From: an uncultured Chloroflexia bacterium
Lineage (GTDB): Bacteria; Chloroflexota; Chloroflexia; Thermomicrobiales; UBA6265
Direction: 5' to 3'
Length of the DNA stretch: 64,000 nt
Assembly (NCBI GenBank): GCA_963724295.1
Contig: CAVRUC010000013.1
Span: 480,001-544,000 of the forward strand
In this document: positions 45,523 to 53,924 of the stretch, piece by piece
How the letters are laid out: every line of letters starts with the position of its first letter
Position numbering within the stretch: position 1 is the stretch's first letter
Notes under the pieces: model-generated
Database searches by the model: none
Seen by the model: only the letters and a program-made list of their open reading frames with translations
What the model was told of the DNA's origin: nothing
Translations under genes and position numbers: made by a program

Positions 45523-46233
45523 GTGACTAGGAATCCGAACTGGACCGAGGACGAGGCGATCCTTGCCCTCGACCTCTACATCCGTTCCGGCTACCGCGTT
45601 CTGTCCGGAAACCATCCTGATGTGGTCGAACTCAGCGAGTTCATGAACTCGCTGCCGATCCATCCTCCCGAATTGCGGACGAGCAAGTTCCGCAATCCAT
45701 CGGGGGTAAACACCAAGTTGGCCAATTTTCGCCACGTTGACCCTGACCGACCGGGCGGATTGTCTGGTGCCTCGAAAATGGACTACTTCGTATGGAATGA
45801 GTACGCCCATGACATTCCTCGCCTGCGAAAGGTGGTCGAGGCCATACGTCGAAACTACCGGCAACCTGAAGTTGAGCGGGAACTCGACGATCCCGACGAA
45901 AGTGCGCCCGAGGGGCGCGTCTTGCTTCGTTCGCACAAACTACGAGAACGGAATCGGACCCTCGTAAAGAAACGAAAAGAGCGAGCTTTAGCGGAGCATG
46001 GCAGACTCACATGTGAGGCGTGCGGGTTCGATTATCAGGCAACGTATGGAGCGCTCGGCGATGGCTTTATCGAGTGCCATCACACGGTGCCGGTTTCCGA
46101 ATTGAGTCCCGGCCACGAGACGAAGGTCAGTGACCTCGCACTTTTGTGCGCTAACTGTCATCGTATGCTCCATAGGAGCAAGACCGCGCTCACCATTGCA
46201 CAGCTGAAAAGTCTATTGGTGCATAGTCGGTGA
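45523..46233 (+). CDS. McrA-like HNH endonuclease
   Basis: RNPNWT.DE.ILALDLY N-domain; EG....H..RERN, CEAC, IECHH..P, LCANCHRMLH. Confidence 0.9.
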   Translation: MTRNPNWTEDEAILALDLYIRSGYRVLSGNHPDVVELSEFMNSLPIHPPELRTSKFRNPSGVNTKLANFRHVDPDRPGGLSGASKMDYFVWNEYAHDIPRLRKVVEAIRRNYRQPEVERELDDPDESAPEGRVLLRSHKLRERNRTLVKKRKERALAEHGRLTCEACGFDYQATYGALGDGFIECHHTVPVSELSPGHETKVSDLALLCANCHRMLHRSKTALTIAQLKSLLVHSR

Positions 46234-46294
46234 TGCCAATTCTTTTGTCACGGTCTTCTTGCCCACACAGAGACCATCTGGCACGATCCCGCCT

Positions 46295-47326
46295 ATGCAA
46301 CAGCTAGAGCCTCCACTAACTGCACTCATTGCGACTGCGGTGGAATTGTTCGTCGCGTGGCTGATCTTCCGCGTCGTGCCTAAGTCATGGGGTGAGAACC
46401 GAGTCGCGGCGTACGTCATCGTTTCTGTGTTTCTCGTCGCCGTCAATTGGGCGTTGATTAGTCTCTCTGTCTCGGGATGGCTGGCGAAACCGGAGAACGC
46501 GTCCACCGTTCAAGCGGTCTCAACGGCTGCCCAAGCGATGTTTGCCGTGGTGTTGATCGGCGTTGCGGTCTTCACGCTCCGAGCGAACGCGGATATGGCG
46601 CGAGAGACTAAGCGGATGGCGGAGGTCGCCGTGCAACAGCAGCGCGCTGCGACGAGGCCGGTCCTCGCGTTTCGCATCCATCCGCCAGAAGGTGGCAGTG
46701 CTCCCGATGCAAGCGAGTTCGTGACCGAGGCGTTCAACGTGGGGGCGGGGCCAGCGCTCGACGCACGCGTGTTCTACACCGGACCGTTCAATTTTGCCGA
46801 ACCGACAGACTACGTTCAGCCGTGCACCATCGCGGCGGGTGAAGCAGCGACGTTTACCTTTAAGCTCGACAAGGACTCGCCTTGGCAGGACCAATCCGAT
46901 CCACTGAAGTGGCCGCGCACGGAAGAGGACGCCGAACTCGAACAAGAGTCACATGCACTCAGAAACGCTCCCGCAGCGTTGCTACAGGATTCGCCGGAGA
47001 ATAAACGCCGGGGAGAAGTTCACAGAAAACTTCAAATCAGGTCGAATCGGTACTTCGCCGACCTGACCGCTCGTATTGCCGAGCGACACGACATCGGCCA
47101 GATTCGGGCCGAATATCGCGATCTGAGCGGGGCCGCGCATGAATCGACCGCTGACTTGCTCGTCATCAATCCCCAATCGCGTCGAGCTGTTGAGCAGAAA
47201 GCGGATCAATTGGGTGAATTGCCAGAGTCTCCGTCTTTCCATCCGTACTGGCCCGACCTCATGCTTGGGCGATTGTCCGTGGACCCGACTCCAGCACTGC
47301 CAGACCTCAGCAGGAGTGGTCGCTGA
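46295..47326 (+). CDS. membrane-anchored hypothetical protein (paralog A)
   Basis: 3 TM, coiled segment, RPVL...NVGAGPALD. Confidence 0.8.
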   Translation: MQQLEPPLTALIATAVELFVAWLIFRVVPKSWGENRVAAYVIVSVFLVAVNWALISLSVSGWLAKPENASTVQAVSTAAQAMFAVVLIGVAVFTLRANADMARETKRMAEVAVQQQRAATRPVLAFRIHPPEGGSAPDASEFVTEAFNVGAGPALDARVFYTGPFNFAEPTDYVQPCTIAAGEAATFTFKLDKDSPWQDQSDPLKWPRTEEDAELEQESHALRNAPAALLQDSPENKRRGEVHRKLQIRSNRYFADLTARIAERHDIGQIRAEYRDLSGAAHESTADLLVINPQSRRAVEQKADQLGELPESPSFHPYWPDLMLGRLSVDPTPALPDLSRSGR

Positions 47327-48045
47327 TGTCACTCAGGCTTCCTACACTCAGTGCGCAACGGGGTATTCCGACTCTCGTAGCTGGCGAGGCTTTGCTGATC
47401 CTGCTGGCAATCGCTCTTGGAAGAGACCCCAACAGAATCGCGGATTACGCGACCATCCTGATCTCGCTGACGACGCTGTTCGCGCTTGCAATCTTCCATC
47501 GCGAGGTTCTGGATACTCAGTCGCGCCTGCACCGGGAAGTCATGGGTGAACAGGCGAATATACGCCGCTTGCAGACCCGCCCACAGGTACTCGTCTATTT
47601 CGCTCGCTCGCGGGATCGGAAGATGCTGGAGATGCTAGTGCTGGTCATCGAGCATTTCGGTGGGGGTCCGGCGCTCGATGTGCAGTTCACCTTCTCTCCT
47701 CCGCTCGTCAACTCCGAGGGCACAACGTTCGCCAACGAGCCACCCTTTTCAACAGGGATTGCGGTGATGGAACCGGGGTTCCGCCGCGAGATCAAATTTG
47801 ACGACTACCACCAGTTTCAAAAGCGTGCCGGAACGACCAGAATCGGCAGCAGGGTTATTAGGGCAGACATCGAAGAAACCCGGCTCGATTTTGAGGCAAC
47901 CGTGACACTTCGCGATCCGATCGGTGACGATCTGCGATATGAAACCCGCTACAAACTCGATCTGAGAGACCTCATGCCGTACACGATGGACTTCCTCGCC
48001 GAAGCCGAACCACAACCAGAGGCATGGATAAGGGGCGAGCCATAA
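47326..48045 (+). CDS. membrane-anchored hypothetical protein (paralog B)
   Basis: TGATG coupling to A; 2 TM, RPQVLVYF...HFGGGPALDV. Confidence 0.8.
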   Translation: MSLRLPTLSAQRGIPTLVAGEALLILLAIALGRDPNRIADYATILISLTTLFALAIFHREVLDTQSRLHREVMGEQANIRRLQTRPQVLVYFARSRDRKMLEMLVLVIEHFGGGPALDVQFTFSPPLVNSEGTTFANEPPFSTGIAVMEPGFRREIKFDDYHQFQKRAGTTRIGSRVIRADIEETRLDFEATVTLRDPIGDDLRYETRYKLDLRDLMPYTMDFLAEAEPQPEAWIRGEP

Positions 48046-48140
48046 GACCCGCCCCGTTGCCTGATCTGCCGGGTGTGAGGTGTCAGACCGCGCCCTACGC
48101 GGCGTGTTCCGGCGACGGCACATTTCCTGCTGGTGATGGA

Positions 48141-48210
48141 CTCAGGCCGCGATTTCCCGCGCCGCATCGTCAGCGGTGAAGCGGAAGATGATTGGTGCCT
48201 GACCTAGATG
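48141..48210. repeat. 70-bp island junction repeat
   Basis: 62/70 identical to 53855-53924. Confidence 0.9.
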
Positions 48211-48257
48211 GTCCGTCGATGAGGATCATGGGTGTCCGTCTCCAAGTGCTCGCTCTA

Positions 48258-49187
48258 CTAAGCAAAGATGGAAGTAAGTACAGAGAAATCGACGTTACCA
48301 CTCAGGATTTGTCGCACTGCCAATTTGAGCGCTTCTTCGCTGATCGTCTTGCCTGCGCTCCCTGCGGCTTCCGACGCCCGTTTGATCCACTGGCCGACGC
48401 GACTCTCTTCACGGTCAACATCTTCAACCCTCGATTCCTCAACAATCGGGGTAAGGTCGTCGACCTCGATTCCTTGCGCACGAAACAGGTCGTTCAATCT
48501 GTTGACGAGGATCAGGCTTTGCTGACTCACCATGTTGCTGGCAATGGGCATGGTTCCGGTCGCGACGCCTACTGTGGGGTTCCCACCGTGAAAAATGAAC
48601 TGATTGAAGACCTGCCCAATCGCTTGATCGGTGTCGGGGTCGTTTGGCAGAGCAGCTTCACTAACCTCCGGGTAGAGCGTCTCGATTTCAAGGACGAACT
48701 GGAGCAGGCCCGTGCAAATAGACGACAGAATCCCTTTGATTGAAGCAAGCGAAACCACCTGACGATCCGATACAAGTGCTTCAAGTCTTTGTTGGAGGAC
48801 GACTTCGAGATGGCGATGCGCTATTCCCGCAGGAAGAAAGCGTACGTCCGTGCCTTCACTCGCCCACGAAACAAGCTGCGCAACACTTTCTCGAACGTCA
48901 ACGGATGATGCCGATTTGTACGCAGCTTCGTCAGTGAACATGTCCCACGGCGCAGTTCTCTGTTGTTGGTACCCCACTCCCGATGCGTGATACCAAATCG
49001 AAGCCGGGACAACGCGATAGTCTGGAAGTTCGGCGTCCTTCCCATAACCACGAAGTTCACTGTCAACCCACACTCGGAACGGTTCGTAACCCAGTCGCGT
49101 CGCGAGGAGGTATGCCCGTCTCAACGTCTTGTCGAAATCTGGGCCGCACTCGATCGCACCATCGCGGATGGCGTCAAGAAGGGACAT
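48258..49187 (-). CDS. AbiTii-domain protein
   Basis: LRRAYLLATRLG....WVDSELRGY....LPDYR signature; GGGAGG SD. Confidence 0.8.
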   Translation of the reverse strand: MSLLDAIRDGAIECGPDFDKTLRRAYLLATRLGYEPFRVWVDSELRGYGKDAELPDYRVVPASIWYHASGVGYQQQRTAPWDMFTDEAAYKSASSVDVRESVAQLVSWASEGTDVRFLPAGIAHRHLEVVLQQRLEALVSDRQVVSLASIKGILSSICTGLLQFVLEIETLYPEVSEAALPNDPDTDQAIGQVFNQFIFHGGNPTVGVATGTMPIASNMVSQQSLILVNRLNDLFRAQGIEVDDLTPIVEESRVEDVDREESRVGQWIKRASEAAGSAGKTISEEALKLAVRQILSGNVDFSVLTSIFA

Positions 49188-49318
49188 TGCTCACGCCTCC
49201 CCAGCGAGGACTCGTCTGCTGACATTTGACTCTGTGCAGCCACATTATCGCAAGGTAGAAGGGGCGACCGACGCCGCACTTCTTGCCCTCACAGGAACAA
49301 TCTGGCACGATCGAAATC

Positions 49319-50455
49319 ATGTCCGACCTGATGCCCGAGATCACCGCCTTCTTGCTCGCTGCAACTGTAGTCCTGTGGGCGTCCTTCGCGTTCCTCCTCG
49401 GTCCGACCCTCTGGAAGTCGGATCGGCGGGCGTTCTACCTCTGCCTTGGCGTGGGAATCGTCTATGGGTGGCTACTCACCCGCTTTCTTGCGTCCGGGTG
49501 GCTGGGGAAGCCAGAGAACGCGACCACCGTGGAAGCGCTCGCGGCAGCCGCGCAAGCACTCTTCACTGTGGCGCTCATTGTTCTTACGGTGCGTACCGTT
49601 CAAGCGAACGCCAAGATAGCGGATGAAACAAAGCTGATGGCGGCGGAGACAGCAAGAATGGCTTCGGAGACTGAGAAGATGGCTGCGGTTGCCGCCGAAC
49701 AGCTTCGGAACACCACACTCCCAGTGATCCTTGTGCGCTTTCGCTCCACCTTTGACATGGAGCGTGGTGCCGAGAAAGGGAGAATCTGGATCAACATCCA
49801 CAACTACGGCGGTCCGGCAACCGATGTGGTGTTCTCTTTTGATCCGCCGCTAATTCGCTCGAATGGCGAAGACATAGGACTGAGGCCGACGTTCCTCACC
49901 GGCGTTCCAGTCGTACCTCCGGGTTGGGATCAGGAAGTGAGGTTTGACGACTACGACGATTACATTGATGACCTCTTTCTACAGGGAGGACGGACATACC
50001 TATTCGACGCAACCATTACTTCTCGCGATCCGTACTCCGGAGATTTCTTTCCACCAACCACAATCAGAATGGATCTCCGCCACCTCTCTCTTCAGCCGCT
50101 CGAAGGCAATTGGGATCCGGCCACCGAGTTTAGAGACGAGCGGAACTGGCGAACCGACCCGCGGACTGACGTCGATTCTGCGCAGCTACAACGGGTTCTC
50201 GAATCATTTACGGAGGAAGAGGTACCGAGAGAAGTGATAGGACCGTTGGATCAGCACTTCCGCCGGTCCTTTCAAAGGGCCGGCTGGTCAGTAGCCATCG
50301 GGAAACATGACATTTGGTGGCGGGCAGTCGCAACGAAGCAATCAGGTATCCATCAGGGGACTAGTGTCGGGGCGAGCGCTTGGTCTACGCAAGCGACGCT
50401 TGCGTTCACACTGAGGAAAGCTCTCGATTTGGACGCGGAGGTGAGCGCGGGCTGA
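49319..50455 (+). CDS. membrane-anchored hypothetical protein (paralog C)
   Basis: 3 TM, SGWLGKPENA, heptad ETxxMAA repeats, NYGGPATDV. Confidence 0.8.
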   Translation: MSDLMPEITAFLLAATVVLWASFAFLLGPTLWKSDRRAFYLCLGVGIVYGWLLTRFLASGWLGKPENATTVEALAAAAQALFTVALIVLTVRTVQANAKIADETKLMAAETARMASETEKMAAVAAEQLRNTTLPVILVRFRSTFDMERGAEKGRIWINIHNYGGPATDVVFSFDPPLIRSNGEDIGLRPTFLTGVPVVPPGWDQEVRFDDYDDYIDDLFLQGGRTYLFDATITSRDPYSGDFFPPTTIRMDLRHLSLQPLEGNWDPATEFRDERNWRTDPRTDVDSAQLQRVLESFTEEEVPREVIGPLDQHFRRSFQRAGWSVAIGKHDIWWRAVATKQSGIHQGTSVGASAWSTQATLAFTLRKALDLDAEVSAG

Positions 50456-50527
50456 GAAGGGGCACACTATTCTTATGACAGCGAGGCGGCTCTTAGTATA
50501 AGAGTCGCGGGAGGAAGACACTCTAGC

Positions 50528-51436
50528 ATGACAAGCACACAAGTCCGGTCTGCTTACATCGTCGCCTCAAAAGGTACGAATGTGGTGCCCCTTGTTGAAG
50601 CACTCGATTCTAGGGGGGTCTCAACGAAAACTAGCCCTCTCATCTTGGGCCAAGCTCGGATCGACCAAGAAATCATATCGGCTATTCGATCAGCAGATAT
50701 GGTGATCGGTGTTCTTTGGGAGCGAGGCCCGGATCCCAACGTCATGGTTGAGTTAGGCATCGCGGTCGGGCTAGGTCGATCGCTCCTACTGTTTGGCGGT
50801 GAAGGCTCGAACGTACCTTCCAATCTTCGAAACTCTGTAGTGGTTGTCCGCATGTTGTCATGGAACGAAGCAATATTCCAGACCCACCTAGATCCATTCT
50901 TAGAGCAGTTGTCGTCCCGTCGAGAGCAACCGGAACGTAACACTCAAACCAGTTCGACTACCCAGCCATTGAGTCTTCATGCCTTCGAGGCCGCACTGAA
51001 CCACTTAGGTTCCATTGAGTCAGCAGGCCACACTCCGAATGAGTCGGAAGTCGTTGGTCTATTGGCGACCTTTTTTCAGGCGTCCGGCTATTTGGTGTCA
51101 ATCGAGCATCGGCAGCTGCAGACAGGGCGGACGCGGCCAGATCTGGCAGTTTGGGTCGAGGATCTCCCTGCCCGAGTCGGCAGTCCTTTGCTCATCGAAG
51201 TTGCTCTTCGCAACGCGATGATCAACCAGAGACTAGCGCAGTTTCAGCACCTCTTACATGATTTCAAAAGTGAAGGAGGGCTAATAGTCACTTGGAGCGA
51301 TACGAAAAGCTCAGGTATTTCAGGCAATCCGAATGACCCAAGAATCCCGATCTTGAGCGTTCGAGATCTAGTCAACGCGTTGAAGTTAGGAGTGTTCGCG
51401 GAGGTCTATTTGCGTCGTTCTACAGCAAAATCGTAA
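50528..51436 (+). CDS. TIR/nucleoside-deoxyribosyltransferase-like domain fused to REase-fold domain
   Basis: IRSADMVIGVL....NVMVELGIAVGLGR; C-terminal RPDLAVW...PLLIEV. Confidence 0.7.
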   Translation: MTSTQVRSAYIVASKGTNVVPLVEALDSRGVSTKTSPLILGQARIDQEIISAIRSADMVIGVLWERGPDPNVMVELGIAVGLGRSLLLFGGEGSNVPSNLRNSVVVVRMLSWNEAIFQTHLDPFLEQLSSRREQPERNTQTSSTTQPLSLHAFEAALNHLGSIESAGHTPNESEVVGLLATFFQASGYLVSIEHRQLQTGRTRPDLAVWVEDLPARVGSPLLIEVALRNAMINQRLAQFQHLLHDFKSEGGLIVTWSDTKSSGISGNPNDPRIPILSVRDLVNALKLGVFAEVYLRRSTAKS

Positions 51437-51442
51437 GTTACT

Positions 51443-51976
51443 ATGGGTGACATTGATCCTTCAGTCATCAATGAATATCTGAGTGTTCGAATTGTGGATG
51501 GAGATACCACGAGTCAGGGCCGAGCGCTCGAAGAGCTAATGTGCTATGTGCTGGAGAAAGTGCCCGGTTTCATTGTCACACATAGGAACACTATGAACGT
51601 CTTCCATACTGAAGAAGTAGATGTCGCAATTTGGAATGATCCACATGAGCATGGCATCAGAACGTTTCCCGGAGCTTGGCTCGTCGAGTGTAAGAATTGG
51701 AGCGGTAGGGTTGGAAGCCAAGAGGTCGGATATTTCGCGAGAAAGCTTCTGAATCGACGAGTCGATGTCGGAGTGCTTGTCGCGCTGAATGGAATCACTG
51801 GTGTTCCGCAAGAACTTACGAACGCACACTACGAAATGGCGACAGCGCTCAAAGATGGTGCCCGTATTATTGTGCTTGATCGCGACGATTTGCTCAGACT
51901 TACTCATGGGAAAGAGCTTGCTGCGCTTATAAAGGCGAAGATTTGCGAGTTAGTGTTGACTGCCACCAACGCGTAA
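51443..51976 (+). CDS. Mrr-like restriction endonuclease
   Basis: GRALEEL, EEVDV, LVECKNW...VG..EV..F..KL; 6 bp after previous gene. Confidence 0.85.
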   Translation: MGDIDPSVINEYLSVRIVDGDTTSQGRALEELMCYVLEKVPGFIVTHRNTMNVFHTEEVDVAIWNDPHEHGIRTFPGAWLVECKNWSGRVGSQEVGYFARKLLNRRVDVGVLVALNGITGVPQELTNAHYEMATALKDGARIIVLDRDDLLRLTHGKELAALIKAKICELVLTATNA

Positions 51977-52200
51977 CACCCGTCTTTGATTATGCCATCC
52001 TGATCGCATCCTCCGCCGTGAACCGCAGCACCACCGGTTCCCGACGTAGAGGTTCTGTATATGGGGTTTGTGGGTGAGACGCCCAACGTTGTCCGGGTCG
52101 GTGGGCGAACGGCGACAAGCGGCTACTATCGGGTGTGACCTAATAGATCTCAATCACCCCCGGAGACCTAATCCCTAAGCGGGGCTAACTCGGCTGTGTC

Positions 52201-52545
52201 TCACTCCTGACGCTTGGGTGGCCGACCTCGTCGTCGCTGTCCTTCTGGAGATGATGTCTGCTTCCCCTTGCGGGTCCGCGGCTCATCGGTCTTTCTGACG
52301 GCGACGAAGCCGTCCCCCTCGACGGTCTCCACCGTGAGTCCGCGACTTCGTGCAGCCCGACTGATGGCCGCACGCAGCCCCCTCGCGCTCTGCCCCTCCA
52401 CAAGCGGCACCCGCACCGGACTACCAGTTTCGATTTCAGTGAGGAGGGCGACCATCGCCGGATCGGTCTTGCGCATCTTTTGCTGTCGCAGCGAGGCGAA
52501 CTCTTCTTCCGAAAACGGCGCAAATGATTCGATCTTGACAGGCAC
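52201..52545 (-). CDS. small basic protein with AT-hook (copy 2)
   Basis: TAAGGAG SD + GTG; PVRVPLVEGQSARGLR identical to copy 1; RRRGRPPKR. Confidence 0.8.
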   Translation of the reverse strand: MPVKIESFAPFSEEEFASLRQQKMRKTDPAMVALLTEIETGSPVRVPLVEGQSARGLRAAISRAARSRGLTVETVEGDGFVAVRKTDEPRTRKGKQTSSPEGQRRRGRPPKRQE

Positions 52546-52847
52546 TCGTGTCTCCTTATTGCCGCATTTCCGATCACTGCGGTGATCCTAGCACGGAGAA
52601 CATTCGCAGTTTGAGACAGACGCGTAGCCATAACAACGCACTCTGACCAGAACGGTCTGACGATCCATCCGCCAATCTCCCGCTCGCGAACGTCATTTGC
52701 GATTAGCACAAGAGCACAATAGCCAAGCGACCATAGGGTCGAGAGCGGCTGAATCGAATTGCCATCTCGCCTAGACTGGTTCAGAACGTTCTATAGGCCG
52801 ATCCACCTGATCTGGCGGCGATCTGCCCATAGGGTAGGGATTGTTGA

Positions 52848-53765
52848 ATGAGCACCTATAAAGAGAAATTCATGAGCAAAGAAGAGTTCATGAGCCAGCC
52901 GCCCGATCCTGAGCGTGAGGAGCGTTGGCGACTTGCACGACGCGATGACCTCGCGAACGTCTTTGGTGTGGTGCTAACCGTTCCAATCCACGGACAGGAC
53001 GAGCTAGGAAACTGGCGATATGGGTTACCTCCGCACAGCGGCATACCAAGCCAAGACATCACGAAAGAGTTCGAGGCCGAGATGCGCTCAATTATTGTTG
53101 AGAGTGCGTCTCCTCTAGTCATAGCTGGCATCCTGTCGGAGCAACAAGTCCAACAGATCAAGAGTCACAGCTACGAAACCGGACCGGCGGCGCAGGGTTG
53201 GCCCCAGACCTTCTTCGAGATCTATCAGCAAGTGGCGCCGATCATTGCCGGATCGGCTGACCTTATTGCTGTAGCCGACTTCGTCAAGCAGGTCGCCAGT
53301 CGCATACGGAGTTGGCAACAGCGAAGTCATGAGGAGATTGAGCGGAATCATGGAGATACGCTAGATCGCACCACACCAGTGGATCTCGATCCTCATATCG
53401 TCTGGACACTCCCCAATCTGGTAGCCCTGTGCTACACGGATCTGGTTCAGCGCCACCATAGAAGCGGCGACTGCAACATTACCGTCTTCCCTCGAAATCG
53501 ATGGGCAGGGTATGGATCTGCGGATCATCCATCGGGAGGCGAAACCTACCTTATCCGCCTCACAACGGGTGCGTCGAGTTACTTCTATCTCGTTGACGGA
53601 CACGGCGGAGTCTCCGAGCACTATCGAACCAATGGTGACGATCTGGAACTACTTGCGCTTCCGGACTTACTGCCTAACGACAGGTCAGGCAACCCGTACA
53701 GGCAACCGGAGCAACCCCGGCGATTCGAGGTGCGGGCATCGGTGTCGCTAAACGAGCAAGCGTGA
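52848..53765 (+). CDS. hypothetical protein
   Basis: 305-aa ORF with island-like composition, no motif recognised; start may be 52890. Confidence 0.7.
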   Translation: MSTYKEKFMSKEEFMSQPPDPEREERWRLARRDDLANVFGVVLTVPIHGQDELGNWRYGLPPHSGIPSQDITKEFEAEMRSIIVESASPLVIAGILSEQQVQQIKSHSYETGPAAQGWPQTFFEIYQQVAPIIAGSADLIAVADFVKQVASRIRSWQQRSHEEIERNHGDTLDRTTPVDLDPHIVWTLPNLVALCYTDLVQRHHRSGDCNITVFPRNRWAGYGSADHPSGGETYLIRLTTGASSYFYLVDGHGGVSEHYRTNGDDLELLALPDLLPNDRSGNPYRQPEQPRRFEVRASVSLNEQA

Positions 53766-53854
53766 GCGCATACGGGAGCTGTCCGCGCACTGTTGTTACA
53801 GGAGCAAACTAAGCCATCCTGCAGTGGAACTCCGAGCATGAAATACGACCCCCG

Positions 53855-53924
53855 CTCAGGCCGCAATCTCCCGCACCGCGTCGTCAGCAGTGAACCGGAG
53901 GATGAGTGGTGCCTGACCTAGATG
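53855..53924. repeat. 70-bp island junction repeat overlapping start of LLM gene
   Basis: 62/70 identical to 48141-48210. Confidence 0.9.

Larger units (their letters stand above)
35160..53924. mobile_element. composite low-GC accessory/defence island without integrase
   Basis: Composition shift, nuclease/Abi/TIR genes, gene relics, repeated junction and AT-hook modules; sharp right edge at LLM gene, left edge approximate. Confidence 0.7.
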
